Shown: in pieces, positions 30,601 through 39,450 of the stretch
How the letters are laid out: the number at the start of each line of letters is the position of its first letter
How positions within the stretch are numbered: the first letter of the stretch is position 1
Assembly: GCA_036752585.1 (NCBI GenBank)
Contig: DAIOSM010000004.1
Location: 1 to 49,227 of the forward strand
Direction of reading: 5' to 3'
Source: Candidatus Nanopelagicaceae bacterium
Lineage (GTDB): Bacteria > Actinomycetota > Actinomycetes > Nanopelagicales > Nanopelagicaceae
Length of the DNA stretch: 49,227 bases
Position numbers and translations under genes: made by a program
The notes under the pieces: generated by a model
Told to the model about the DNA's origin: nothing
What the model saw: the letters and a program-made list of their open reading frames with translations, nothing else
Databases searched by the model: none

Positions 30601-30736
30601 GGATGTCTCTGGAGCAATAATGGAAGCAGCTGAGCACATCTCAGAAGAGGTTCTCGCGACAGCCTTTGTGAGAGAGAGCTCTCTGGCATTGGGTAATGAT
30701 GAATTGGGACTTGCGCTTAAGTTGAAGCGAAACTAG
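27602..30736 (+). CDS. ileS: Isoleucine--tRNA ligase
   Basis: Class I aaRS: PPTANGMPGTHH (HIGH-like) and KMSKHLGN (KMSKS). The track start (TTG 27566) lies inside the T-box sequestrator. ATG 27602 directly follows the SD and gives MSISKSPYE... Confidence 0.95.
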   Translation: MSISKSPYEALSPQIDLPKVEREILSFWNTQEIFHKSLAARAGGESWTFYEGPPTANGMPGTHHIEARVFKDVFPRYHTMKGKYVIRKAGWDCHGLPVEIAVEKELGFSGKGDIEKYGIAKFNEKCRESVQRHVSAFTEMTERMGFWVDFDEAYWTMSNEYIESVWWSLAEIHKKGLLVQDHRVAPYCPRCGTGLSDHELAQGYETVTDPSVYVRFPITSGELAQLNASLLVWTTTPWTLVSNTAIAVNPDVTYLVIKTNNDEKEEVLVVAEPLAEKVSPGFVELKRLTGRELERISYKRPFELVEIPDAHFVLLADYVTTEDGTGLVHQAPAFGADDLATCKRYELPVVNPVAPNGNFLDEVDLVGGKFFKDADKILIKSLKESGALFRHQTFQHSYPHCWRCHTPLIYYAQPSWYIRTTKIKEALLRENESTDWHPETIKTGRYGDWLNNNIDWALSRNRYWGTPLPIWKCEEGHEVALASKSELARLAGRNLDDLELHRPYVDEITFPCDKCSKVMTRTPEVIDCWYDSGAMPFAQWGFPHKAGSKDNFAKAYPADFICEAIDQTRGWFYTLMAIGTLVFDQSSYKTVLCLGHILDKDGRKMSKHLGNVLEPMPLMDRHGADAVRWYMLASGSPWSARRVGHDIISEVVRKTLLTYWNTVSFLALYASASDYIPGDVTPIVERPMMDRWILSELNQLVETVDHAYADFDSQKAGTAIAKFVDDLSNWYVRRSRRRFWDGESTALATLHECIETVTLLMAPMVPFITEQVWQVLIRKVTPSSSLSVHLADFPKANGEAIDLKLSEDVALARRLVELGRAARAQSQVKIRQPLSRALIAASGWKNLAAELKEQIADELNVEQLDDLSSAPDLVDISIKANFRSLGSKFGGAVQEIAKTLAKLDAADLVSKVRSNGSVQVDYSGGKADLTEEDLVITETPRSGWSVASHSGESVALDLALDARLIAKGVVREAIRAIQDARKESGFDVSDRIEVHWNANEDVSGAIMEAAEHISEEVLATAFVRESSLALGNDELGLALKLKRN

Positions 30737-31521
30737 AAGTTGTTTCGTATCTCCCATAGATCGGAGAAGATTGGAGTGAAGAGCGTCTGCCGGAGGTAAT
30801 CGGCGCCGGCAGAACCACCAGTCCCTGTCTTGCGCCCGATCGTTCGCTCCACCATCTTTACATGTCGATATCGCCACTCTTGTAGCCCTTCATCGATATC
30901 AACTAATCTTTCGAAGACTAGGCCAGCCTCGGGGTCCTTCTTATGTATTTCGATGAGAACTTTGAGCACCTGGGGATGAGATTGATAGGAAAGTTTTACA
31001 TCGCGATTCAAAATCTCTTCCGGAATCTCATAACCGCGCGAAACAATGTAATGCAGAACAGAATCCCAGAGCGATCTAACAGACATCCAGTGCTCCACTC
31101 GCTCTCTATCTTTGGGCAATAAATGCGCAGCAGCCCTCTTATCCCTTCTTCCGAGGATTGCTTCAACCTCTCTAAATTGCGCAGATTGGAATCCACTTGA
31201 CTCGCCTAATCGACTTCTAAATGAATTGAATTGCAGCGGCGTCATAGTCTCCAAGATGTCGATTTGGGCGACGCAGATCTTCAGTATCGTTCTAATTCGT
31301 CCGAGAATTGAGAGCGCTCTATGAGTATCGCCCGCTTCGAGAGAAACCTGGGCTGCTGCAAACTCATGGATCAATTCTTTGAACCAGAGCTCATAAGTCT
31401 GATGGATTACTATGAATAAAAGCTCGTCATGCTCAGGTCCATCCGATAGGGGCTGTTGCAGTGAGAGCAGCTCGTCAACCTTAAGATAGTTGTTGTAATT
31501 CAGCGCTTGATCGTGGCTCAC
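30733..31521 (-). CDS. kynA: Tryptophan 2,3-dioxygenase
   Basis: YNNYLKVDELLSLQQPLS...HDELLFIVIHQTYELWFKE...; 262 aa; TDO family. Confidence 0.9.
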   Translation of the reverse strand: MSHDQALNYNNYLKVDELLSLQQPLSDGPEHDELLFIVIHQTYELWFKELIHEFAAAQVSLEAGDTHRALSILGRIRTILKICVAQIDILETMTPLQFNSFRSRLGESSGFQSAQFREVEAILGRRDKRAAAHLLPKDRERVEHWMSVRSLWDSVLHYIVSRGYEIPEEILNRDVKLSYQSHPQVLKVLIEIHKKDPEAGLVFERLVDIDEGLQEWRYRHVKMVERTIGRKTGTGGSAGADYLRQTLFTPIFSDLWEIRNNF

Positions 31522-32783
31522 GTTACTCGGGACTCTCCGACGGAGACCTTCTCGTATTGCCTAGTTGATACAAGATCTCTAATCCTTGCAAATCCATCAA
31601 AAACCTCAGTGTAAGACGTTGCCAACGGCGAGATCGCGAGGCGAATGGAGTTAGGCGTTCGGTAATCCGCCACGGTGTTGGCATATTTGCGAAGTGCGAT
31701 AGATATCCGTTCTGCATCTGGGTGCGCGATTGTTATATGTCCGCCGCGTCTCTCCGGCGACTTTGGGGTAACCAATGAGAAACCTAGTGGTTGTAGCCAA
31801 CTCTCAAATAGCTCAACCATCAAAGTGGTTCCAACAGCACACTTCTTCTCGATTTGATCTATACCTGCCTCCTCAATCATTTTGAAGGCGGTATTTATGC
31901 AACGAAGTCCGATTATCGATGGGCTAGCAATCTGAAATCCTCGAATCGACTTATCCTTCTCGAAGAGGGGCCCCATTGCGAATTGATCGCGCTGTGCAAA
32001 CCAGCCTTGTATCGCGACCTGGAGATGATCTTGGATTCGCTTATTTACGTAAAGCCAAGCCGGTGCGCCGGGACCTGAGTTTCCGTATTTATAGGTGCAA
32101 CCAACGGCTAGATCAACGCCATCGCTATCCAACTCAAGCTTTATCGAACCAATCGCATGGGCAGCATCCCATAGCGAGAGCGCGCCATATTTGTGGATTA
32201 GCTCTGTCAGCGCTCGAACATCCTGCCTTGCTCCAGATCGATATTGGATGACTTGCAGGCTAACCAGCGCAACATCTTCACTCATGTACTTTTCTAGAAG
32301 TTCTGGGGTGATCAATTCGTTTTCGGAGACTTTTGTATCTTCATTATCGATTGTTATCAGATTGAGTCCATGAGAGGTCGCTAGCCCTTGAAGGATGTAA
32401 CGATCTGTTGGGAAATTCGCAGCATCGGTGATGATGGTTTTCCTGCCTGGCCGGGCCTTTATCGCCGCGGATGCGAGTTGATAGATATTTACGCTGGTCG
32501 TATCGCAAGCGAGGACCTGACCAGGCGCTGCTCCTAAAGCGGATCTACCGATCAGGTTTCCCGAGTTCTGAGCTTCATCTATCCAGTGGCCCCATCCAAC
32601 AACTACTTCCCTGCCCCACTCATCATGGAGAAAGTCATTTATAGCCTTTACGGTTTCGTGTGGCAGGCGGCCGAGTGAGTTGCCATCCAAATAACAAGTG
32701 TCAGGATCGGTTATGACGAAACGCTTCTTGAACTCGCGTAACGGATCTTGATCATCCAGGGCTTTGGCATGGGAACGCTCCAT
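31518..32783 (-). CDS. kynU: Kynureninase (PLP-dependent)
   Basis: 421 aa. YLDGNSLG...WDAAHA.G...CTYKYGNSGPGAPAW (PLP lysine). ATGA overlap with kynA. Confidence 0.92.
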   Translation of the reverse strand: MERSHAKALDDQDPLREFKKRFVITDPDTCYLDGNSLGRLPHETVKAINDFLHDEWGREVVVGWGHWIDEAQNSGNLIGRSALGAAPGQVLACDTTSVNIYQLASAAIKARPGRKTIITDAANFPTDRYILQGLATSHGLNLITIDNEDTKVSENELITPELLEKYMSEDVALVSLQVIQYRSGARQDVRALTELIHKYGALSLWDAAHAIGSIKLELDSDGVDLAVGCTYKYGNSGPGAPAWLYVNKRIQDHLQVAIQGWFAQRDQFAMGPLFEKDKSIRGFQIASPSIIGLRCINTAFKMIEEAGIDQIEKKCAVGTTLMVELFESWLQPLGFSLVTPKSPERRGGHITIAHPDAERISIALRKYANTVADYRTPNSIRLAISPLATSYTEVFDGFARIRDLVSTRQYEKVSVGESRVT

Positions 32784-32808
32784 ACCTAAAGTCTAGGCTT
32801 TGATTTAA

Positions 32809-33087
32809 CTAGCGCAAGATTCCAATCAATACTTGGATTCCGAAGAAGAGAACTATGAAGGAGAGATCCAAGGCTACTGGGCCTAAGCGAAGTGGCGGGA
32901 TGAAGCGACGCACGAACGCGAGTGGCTTATCGGTAAGGATATAAATCATCTCAGCAAGCGGCATCAGAATTCCGCGAGGCCGCCAACTTGGTCTAAAGAG
33001 GCGAACATAATCAAGGACTAATCGCGCAAAGAGAACCAATAAGAAAATATTGAGAGCGAAAATTATCCAGGAAGTGAAATTAAGCAA
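32809..33087 (-). CDS. yggT: YggT-family membrane protein (YlmG)
   Basis: 92 aa, two TM segments, ARLVLDYV motif. TTG start 5 nt after the sepF stop. Syntenic position after sepF. Confidence 0.85.
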   Translation of the reverse strand: MLNFTSWIIFALNIFLLVLFARLVLDYVRLFRPSWRPRGILMPLAEMIYILTDKPLAFVRRFIPPLRLGPVALDLSFIVLFFGIQVLIGILR

Positions 33088-33092
33088 GGTGC

Positions 33093-33548
33093 TCAGCTCT
33101 GATTGAAGAAGCTTGCTTGCGCAGCAGCGCTCTTCTCTTCTCCGCTAACAATTACATTTGGCGGGGTGAGAAGAAAAACTTTAGATGTCACTCGTTCGAT
33201 AGTTCCAGCGTGACCAAAGACAAGCCCAGAGGCGAAATCAATTAGACGCTTTCTCTCCGACTCTTCCATATCGCTTAGGTTCATGATGACTGGATTTCCT
33301 TCACGGTAGTACTCGCCAATTGCGCGAGCCTCGCTATAGAAACGTGGAGTGATAGTGACGATGCGATCCATAGATGGGAGCACAGGTTGTGCTTCCACTA
33401 CAGGTGCAACGCTTAACTTCGGGGATCGAACGCTAGGAGCCTGGGTCTTGACTACCGGGTTAAGTGCACGAGTCGGGGCAGGCGCAACGGATCCATCATC
33501 TTCGGTCAGACCAAGGTAATTAGTCATTCTTCTAAGTGCATTAGCCAT
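33093..33548 (-). CDS. sepF: Cell division protein SepF
   Basis: MANALRRMTNYLGL... N-terminal amphipathic helix and conserved C-terminal domain (PRFYSEA..IGE.YREGNPVIMNL). Confidence 0.9.
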   Translation of the reverse strand: MANALRRMTNYLGLTEDDGSVAPAPTRALNPVVKTQAPSVRSPKLSVAPVVEAQPVLPSMDRIVTITPRFYSEARAIGEYYREGNPVIMNLSDMEESERKRLIDFASGLVFGHAGTIERVTSKVFLLTPPNVIVSGEEKSAAAQASFFNQS

Positions 33549-33569
33549 AGGGGAATTTTAGGGTTCTGG

Positions 33570-34247
33570 CTATCTTGAACCGAGGATTGAACTTCCAATC
33601 CTGATATGTGTCGCTCCAAATCTAAGTGCGACGGGGTAATCCCCACTCATTCCAGCCGAAATGAAGGCCGCGTCTGACTTTTTTATCCGAAGCCTTAAAG
33701 AGAGCTCGTAGAGAAGCTCGAATCCCGGCGCCGGATCCTCTCCGAGTGGCGCGACTCCCATTACTCCGACTAATTCGATTGAATTAAAGCCAAGGAGCAT
33801 CTCGGAGAAACGATCGAATTCGCTCGGATCAATACCACTGCGCTTCTCATTTCTCTCCCCTAGATCTAGGTTTACCTGAAGAAATACCTTCTGACTTTTC
33901 CCCAGAGTGCGCGCCGCTTCATCTATTTTCTGAGCGTGCGATTCATTATCCAGCGAGTGGATGAAATCTGCCCAAGATACTATCGATCGAATCTTGTTGC
34001 TCTGGAGATTTCCTTGAAAGTGCCAGATCGAATCTTCAGGCAATACAGCTGACTTCTCTCTGCCTTCCTCGTCACGATTCTCGCCAAAGTTCCGTTCGCC
34101 TAATTGGTAAAGAATCTCGACATCACTTACCGGAAAGGTCTTTGTCACCACAATCAGGGTAGCGGTATCGGGGATATCGGTTCTGACCTTTTTTAGGGCG
34201 GAGGAGATCTCTTTAACTCTCAACTCTCCAGGACTAATTTCGCTCAC
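33570..34247 (-). CDS. yggS: YggS-family pyridoxal-phosphate homeostasis protein (YlmE)
   Basis: LIVVTKTFP (PLP lysine), NFGENR, HFQGNLQSNK. I place the start at GTG 34247, which forms a GTGA overlap with the pgeF stop and has SD AGGAG 10 nt upstream. The track's ATG at 34325 would overlap pgeF by 82 nt. Confidence 0.88.
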   Translation of the reverse strand: MSEISPGELRVKEISSALKKVRTDIPDTATLIVVTKTFPVSDVEILYQLGERNFGENRDEEGREKSAVLPEDSIWHFQGNLQSNKIRSIVSWADFIHSLDNESHAQKIDEAARTLGKSQKVFLQVNLDLGERNEKRSGIDPSEFDRFSEMLLGFNSIELVGVMGVAPLGEDPAPGFELLYELSLRLRIKKSDAAFISAGMSGDYPVALRFGATHIRIGSSILGSR

Positions 34248-34927
34248 AACCAAACTACTCCTGCCTGTCTTCCAGTTGCTCCATCTCGACGATAAGAAAA
34301 ATAGCCGGGTGTGTGACTTACACATAAGTCAGTGGCTAGATATCTGACACCGGCGTTTCTCAGCCGTGCTTGTAGCCCACCGGCAACATCTAGACATCGT
34401 CGCTTTTCATCTGTGGCAGATTCCGGATTTGAAGAGACAACTTCTCGGTAGGTAGCTAGATCAACTTCATAGCAATCACGACAGATTGAGGGGCCAATCT
34501 CTCCAGAGATCTCAGCATTAGTAACTCCATGATCATTGAACACCTTCAAGGTTGCCTCAAAGACTTCTGCGACAAGTCCTCTTCGACCTACATGAACAGC
34601 TGCTACCGCTCTATCCGACTTCAACAGAAGCGGTGTGCAATCAGCGATGAGAGTTACGAGGGCAAAATTGGGCTCGGTTGTGAAAAGAGCATCTACTGAT
34701 GGTGCAAAGTTGGGATTGGAGTCCCTCTCGATTATTGATACTTCATTACCGTGAACCTGATTCATGAAGAAGATTTGCTCTCGTGGAATTCCAATCAAGG
34801 ACCCAAGAATCTCGCGATTCTTCTCTACATCTTCTGGATCATCGCCTACATGGATAGCAAGATTTAGCGAATCGTATGGACTTGAACTAACCCCACCCAT
34901 TCGAGATGTAAAGAGTGTTTTGGCCAT
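34244..34927 (-). CDS. pgeF: PgeF/YfiH (DUF152, laccase-domain) peptidoglycan editing factor / purine nucleoside phosphorylase family
   Basis: 227 aa. FTSR.GG.S..PY.SLNL, NQVHG, ADC.P motifs. Directly downstream of ftsZ, as in other Actinobacteria. Confidence 0.88.
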   Translation of the reverse strand: MAKTLFTSRMGGVSSSPYDSLNLAIHVGDDPEDVEKNREILGSLIGIPREQIFFMNQVHGNEVSIIERDSNPNFAPSVDALFTTEPNFALVTLIADCTPLLLKSDRAVAAVHVGRRGLVAEVFEATLKVFNDHGVTNAEISGEIGPSICRDCYEVDLATYREVVSSNPESATDEKRRCLDVAGGLQARLRNAGVRYLATDLCVSHTPGYFSYRRDGATGRQAGVVWL

Positions 34928-34942
34928 CTCGAATATGCGGAT

Positions 34943-36073
34943 CTACTTCATGAAATCTGGGACGTCTATATCGTCCTCAGAGACTAACTCCTCGAAAGTT
35001 ATCCGCCGCTTCGGAGTTTGAGCAGGAGCATCCATGGCAACTTGAATTGGATCGTTCGCAGGAATCGGATCGGCCTGACCATTAAGGCCAGCGGTTGAGA
35101 TAACCGGAACCGATAATCTCTTTGGGGCGCCGCCATCGAAGCCGGCTGCGATTACCGTTACTCGAACTTCATCGCCCAGAGAGTCGTCGATGACTGTTCC
35201 AAAAATAATGTTTGCATCAGGATGCGCGCTCTTAGCTACGAGCTCCGCCGCTTCGCTGATCTCGAATAGTCCCATATCAGAACCACCGGCGATGGAGAGA
35301 AGAACACCATGAGCGCCTTCGATTGAGGCCTCTAGTAATGGTGAGGAAATCGCAAGTTCGGCCGCCCGAGTAGCTCTTGCTTCACCACGTGCCGAACCAA
35401 TTCCCATCAGAGCCGAACCAGCGCCATCCATAACGCTCTTCACATCTGCGAAATCAAGGTTTATCAGACCAGGCGTCGTGATTAGGTCGGTGATGCCTTG
35501 TACGCCAGATAACAAGACTTGATCAGCTGTCTTAAATGCTTCAGGAGCCGAGATTGAACGATCTGAAATCGAGAGCAATCGATCATTTGGAATAACGATT
35601 AATGTATCGACTTCTTTTCTTAACTCTTCGATTCCATGTTCTGCTTGTGTGGATCTACGTTTTCCTTCAAAACTAAAGGGGCGAGTGACAACGCCGACAG
35701 TCAGTGCTCCTAGACTCTTTGCAATCTTGGCGATAACGGGAGCGCCACCGGTTCCGGTTCCGCCACCTTCTCCGGCGGTTACGAAGACCATATCTGATCC
35801 GCGCAATACTTCTTCAATCTCTTCGGTGTGATCAATCGCAGCTTGCTTTCCAATCTCTGGATTCGCGCCAGCGCCGAGTCCGCGAGTTAACTTTCTTCCG
35901 ATATCGAGTTTCACATCTGCATCACTCATTAGAAGAGCTTGCGCATCGGTATTGATTGCGATGAATTCGACTCCTTTGAGTCCTGCGTCAATCATTCGAT
36001 TGACAGCATTAACTCCACCGCCACCAATTCCAACAACTTTGATTACTGCTAAATAGTTCTGTGGTGTTGCCAC
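34943..36073 (-). CDS. ftsZ: Cell division GTPase FtsZ
   Basis: [17 protein letters not shown]...GAGANPEIG...[15 protein letters not shown]... and C-terminal peptide [10 protein letters not shown]; GTG start, SD GAGAGG. Confidence 0.98.
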   Translation of the reverse strand: MATPQNYLAVIKVVGIGGGGVNAVNRMIDAGLKGVEFIAINTDAQALLMSDADVKLDIGRKLTRGLGAGANPEIGKQAAIDHTEEIEEVLRGSDMVFVTAGEGGGTGTGGAPVIAKIAKSLGALTVGVVTRPFSFEGKRRSTQAEHGIEELRKEVDTLIVIPNDRLLSISDRSISAPEAFKTADQVLLSGVQGITDLITTPGLINLDFADVKSVMDGAGSALMGIGSARGEARATRAAELAISSPLLEASIEGAHGVLLSIAGGSDMGLFEISEAAELVAKSAHPDANIIFGTVIDDSLGDEVRVTVIAAGFDGGAPKRLSVPVISTAGLNGQADPIPANDPIQVAMDAPAQTPKRRITFEELVSEDDIDVPDFMK

Positions 36074-36089
36074 GATACGCCTCTCTTTT

Positions 36090-36120
36090 AACCCTAATTC
36101 TCAACTTTAGACTTAGGGTT
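36090..36120 (-). promoter_or_regulatory. Hairpin in the ftsZ 5' leader (AACCCUAA-N15-UUAGGGUU), 4 nt upstream of the SD
   Basis: Perfect 8-bp inverted repeat, 36090-36097 with 36113-36120. Confidence 0.3.
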
Positions 36121-36212
36121 TCCCCAAAGTGTGCGCGCAAAAGTAGGCGGGTACCTAGTAGGTAGCAAACACCGACACGAGAGATTTACCAATTCATTTT
36201 CTTACTTGGCGA

Positions 36213-36953
36213 TTATTGATTATTCGAAACTATTGGCGAAAGCGGTGAAGATAAATCAATCACTTTCACATTTCGATTAGCTTTCAACTCTAGAAGTCGC
36301 CCTAAGACTTCAAATTTGAGCTCCAATTCGTTGACACTTCCCCAAGAAATATCCAATTCCCGCTCACTGTAGATCATCGTTGCCTTTATCGACTCTCGGT
36401 TTGGGGCGGTAACGCTTCTTACTTTAGACCCGCTTTCCGTAATCGCTTCCATCAACCTCGCCACATCTTTGATTAGGAGGGGCTCAGATGAGCCCAAGGC
36501 GAGTTTTGGCAGCGCTAGCCAGTCGGCGTCGCCAGACCTTGCCGCCTTTGCTACCTCGCTTCGGGGGACAAAGAAGAACTCTAGATTTGATCCGAGAAAA
36601 CCTAGATCGTTGGGGTTTGCGCTCCAACGAGAGTCAAGCTGAGCGATGGCAGAGCGGGGCTCGACTGAGATGCTGACTTCACCGGAGAGGAAATTTCTCT
36701 TTACCTCTACATCTTCGACCCAAATCAATGTCCTTAGTCGACTCGTAATCTCTCGTTTATCAACTCGCGCAATCGGATCGCCAATCACTATTGGAGTTGG
36801 AGATTGATTCAATCTTGCGCGCAATTCTTGAACTATCGTCTTATCACTTTCGGCTATTTCGATCTTCTTAACGGGAAAAATACTTGACCAGCCAAGTAAA
36901 TATGCGAGTCCAGAGATAACTGAAATTGCTACGAGAGGAAGAATTCGCTTCAT
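36213..36953 (-). CDS. ftsQ: Cell division protein FtsQ (single TM + POTRA)
   Basis: 246 aa. N-terminal TM helix. Position between murC and ftsZ. Sequence is weakly diagnostic, so the call rests mainly on synteny and topology. Confidence 0.8.
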   Translation of the reverse strand: MKRILPLVAISVISGLAYLLGWSSIFPVKKIEIAESDKTIVQELRARLNQSPTPIVIGDPIARVDKREITSRLRTLIWVEDVEVKRNFLSGEVSISVEPRSAIAQLDSRWSANPNDLGFLGSNLEFFFVPRSEVAKAARSGDADWLALPKLALGSSEPLLIKDVARLMEAITESGSKVRSVTAPNRESIKATMIYSERELDISWGSVNELELKFEVLGRLLELKANRNVKVIDLSSPLSPIVSNNQ

Positions 36954-36963
36954 TTAGAGACTT

Positions 36964-38340
36964 CTAGAGATTCTCAACGATCAAGGGTGCAAGGGAGCTG
37001 ACATCTCCAGCACCTAGAGTCAGTATCAGATCACCTGGAGAAGCGACCTCTACTACTTTAGAGATGACCTCCGGCATCGAGGGTTCATAGGTAACTAATT
37101 CCTTGGGCATCTTGGAAGAGATAGATAGAGAGCTGACTCCACTTATAGGACTCTCCCCTGCTGGATAAACCTCTAGAAGATAGGTGTGATCTGCTTTCGA
37201 AAGCTCAATTGCAAAATCTTCTGCAAAAGCCCTGGTTCTAGAGAATCTATGTGGCTGGAAGACCACATAGACCTTTCCTGCGCCGACAAAGTTCCGAGCG
37301 GTTTCGAGCGTTGCTTTGATTTCGGTTGGATGATGCCCGTAATCATCTACGACTGTAATCCCATTTACCGCACCTCGGATCTCGAAGCGGCGCCGGGCGC
37401 CTGTGAATTTCGCAAGCCCTGAAAGAAGTTGAGCAATTGGTGCTCCTAAGCGCTCTCCCATCGCTACAGCGGCAGCGGCATTAAGCAAGTTGTGGCGACC
37501 CGGGATCGCCAAAGCGAGTTCACCCCAGACGCGTCCGCGAAAGACCAACCTACCTCTGCTCTCGCGAGGCCCTAGATAGATGCGATCAACTAGAAGATCA
37601 GGATCACCTTCACTTCCATAAGTGATGACTTGCAAGTTCTCGCCAACTTCTCGCTCGCTGGTTATCTTGCCTAGCAATCTCTTCACGCCCGGATCGTCGC
37701 TGCATGCGACTAGAGTCGATGAGATAGTTCCAACAAAGTCTTCGAATAACTTATCGATGCTCTCTATATCCTTGAAGTTATCTACGTGATCCAATTCGAT
37801 ATTGGTGATTATTGCACCCGCGGGTTTATAAGAAGTAAATGAGCCATCAGATTCATCTGCTTCAACAACAAAGATATCTCCTGACCCACTATGGGCATTA
37901 GTTCCAGAGTTACGAATAGAGGCGCCGATTGCAAAAGAGGGATCAAGGCCGCAGCTCTGTAGGGCGACCGTTAACATTGAAGTAGTCGTGGTTTTTCCGT
38001 GAGTTCCGGCGACTGCTACAGAACGTTTATCGATCAATAGTCGACTAAGTGCCTCCGCTCTACCAAGTAGTGTCTTACCTGAAGCGAGCGCAGCGGAGAG
38101 TTCTGAATTATCTTCACCGATCGCGCTAGATCGAACGATTAGATCGGCGCCCTCAACGTGAGATGGCGAATGACCTACAAAGACCTGTATTCCGATTGTT
38201 CTTAAGGCATCAAGAGTGCCCGAGTCCTGAATATCACTGCCTGAGACGATGGCGCCACGAGCAGCCATGACCTTGGCGATACCGCTCATTCCTGAGCCAC
38301 CAATCCCTATGAAGTGGACCCTTAAGCCCCGCCATTCCAT
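36964..38340 (-). CDS. murC: UDP-N-acetylmuramate--L-alanine ligase
   Basis: VHFIGIGGSGMSGIA...GTHGKTTTTSM...; 458 aa. Confidence 0.96.
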   Translation of the reverse strand: MEWRGLRVHFIGIGGSGMSGIAKVMAARGAIVSGSDIQDSGTLDALRTIGIQVFVGHSPSHVEGADLIVRSSAIGEDNSELSAALASGKTLLGRAEALSRLLIDKRSVAVAGTHGKTTTTSMLTVALQSCGLDPSFAIGASIRNSGTNAHSGSGDIFVVEADESDGSFTSYKPAGAIITNIELDHVDNFKDIESIDKLFEDFVGTISSTLVACSDDPGVKRLLGKITSEREVGENLQVITYGSEGDPDLLVDRIYLGPRESRGRLVFRGRVWGELALAIPGRHNLLNAAAAVAMGERLGAPIAQLLSGLAKFTGARRRFEIRGAVNGITVVDDYGHHPTEIKATLETARNFVGAGKVYVVFQPHRFSRTRAFAEDFAIELSKADHTYLLEVYPAGESPISGVSSLSISSKMPKELVTYEPSMPEVISKVVEVASPGDLILTLGAGDVSSLAPLIVENL

Positions 38341-39446
38341 CAGTTACGACCCCTACTCTCAGTAAGGATCAAATCTAGGACCAGGGTTGCGATTCGATCA
38401 GCAGCTTTTAAGTGGAGTTCGGCAGAACTCAATGCTTTATCTTCAGCGATAGCAATGATCCGCTCCAGGTTTTCCTGGAGCCACGTTCCGGTGAAATTCT
38501 CATTCTTGATGAGAACGGCTCGACCTTGATCGACCAGTGCCTGTGCGTTATCTACCTGCTCCCCATTCCCGTGTGCGAGTGGTACAAGAATCGCGAATCG
38601 AGCAGCCGTCATCAACTCAGAACAAGTCACGGCGCCACTTCGGGTAATCAGGAGATCGGATATTCCATAGATAGCAGCCATATCGTGGAAGTAAGCCATG
38701 GGAAGATAATCGCTCTCTGGTTGAGGAAGCGGATTATTTATGCCGACCGCGTGAACAATCTGAAATCGATTAGAAGCGCCTAAAACTCTCTTTGCTAAGT
38801 AGTCGCGAACCGCATTATTGATCTGTAACGATCCCTGTGATCCACCAAAGATAGAGATGATTGGTCGCGCCGGATCTAGACCTAAACTCTTTGCATTAAG
38901 TTCGCGGAACTTCTCTCGCTCTAGATCAGAGAGTTTGGCCAACTCAGATATCGCACTTCTAATTGGCATGCCAGTCAATATTGAGCCAGCCCAGTCCACT
39001 CTAACCTCTTCGAAATTTACAGCTACCAGCTTCGCAAAGTGTCGTCCTAAGCGATTGGCCCAACCTGGTTTGGCATTTGCCTCGTGGATAGCGATCGGAA
39101 CGCGAGCTAGTTTTGCACCCAAGTAGGCTGAAGCGCTGACATACCCACCAAAGCCAATTAGTGAATCTGCGCCCATAAGAATTCTGCGCGCTGCGTAGAC
39201 GCTTTTGAAGATTGCTAAGGGAAAGAGTAGGGATGTCATCGCGAACTTACGTGGAAGAGCGACCTTAGGAATAGTCCGCAGACGATATCCCCGTTGCGGA
39301 ACTAAGAGGCTCTCTAGCCCAGAGGCGGTTCCAATAAATTCAATTTCCAGCGTTGGATCTAATCGCTTTAACGCATCCGCTACCGCTAGCGCCGGTTCGA
39401 TATGTCCTGCAGTTCCTCCCCCGGCGAGGACGATCCGTTTCGTCAC
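38340..39446 (-). CDS. murG: UDP-GlcNAc:lipid I N-acetylglucosaminyltransferase
   Basis: IVLAGGGTAGHIEPALAVA. I place the start at GTG 39446, which has SD GAGAGGA upstream and lies 4 nt after the ftsW stop. The track's TTG at 39539 would overlap ftsW by 89 nt. Confidence 0.93.
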   Translation of the reverse strand: MTKRIVLAGGGTAGHIEPALAVADALKRLDPTLEIEFIGTASGLESLLVPQRGYRLRTIPKVALPRKFAMTSLLFPLAIFKSVYAARRILMGADSLIGFGGYVSASAYLGAKLARVPIAIHEANAKPGWANRLGRHFAKLVAVNFEEVRVDWAGSILTGMPIRSAISELAKLSDLEREKFRELNAKSLGLDPARPIISIFGGSQGSLQINNAVRDYLAKRVLGASNRFQIVHAVGINNPLPQPESDYLPMAYFHDMAAIYGISDLLITRSGAVTCSELMTAARFAILVPLAHGNGEQVDNAQALVDQGRAVLIKNENFTGTWLQENLERIIAIAEDKALSSAELHLKAADRIATLVLDLILTESRGRN

Positions 39447-39450
39447 CGAT

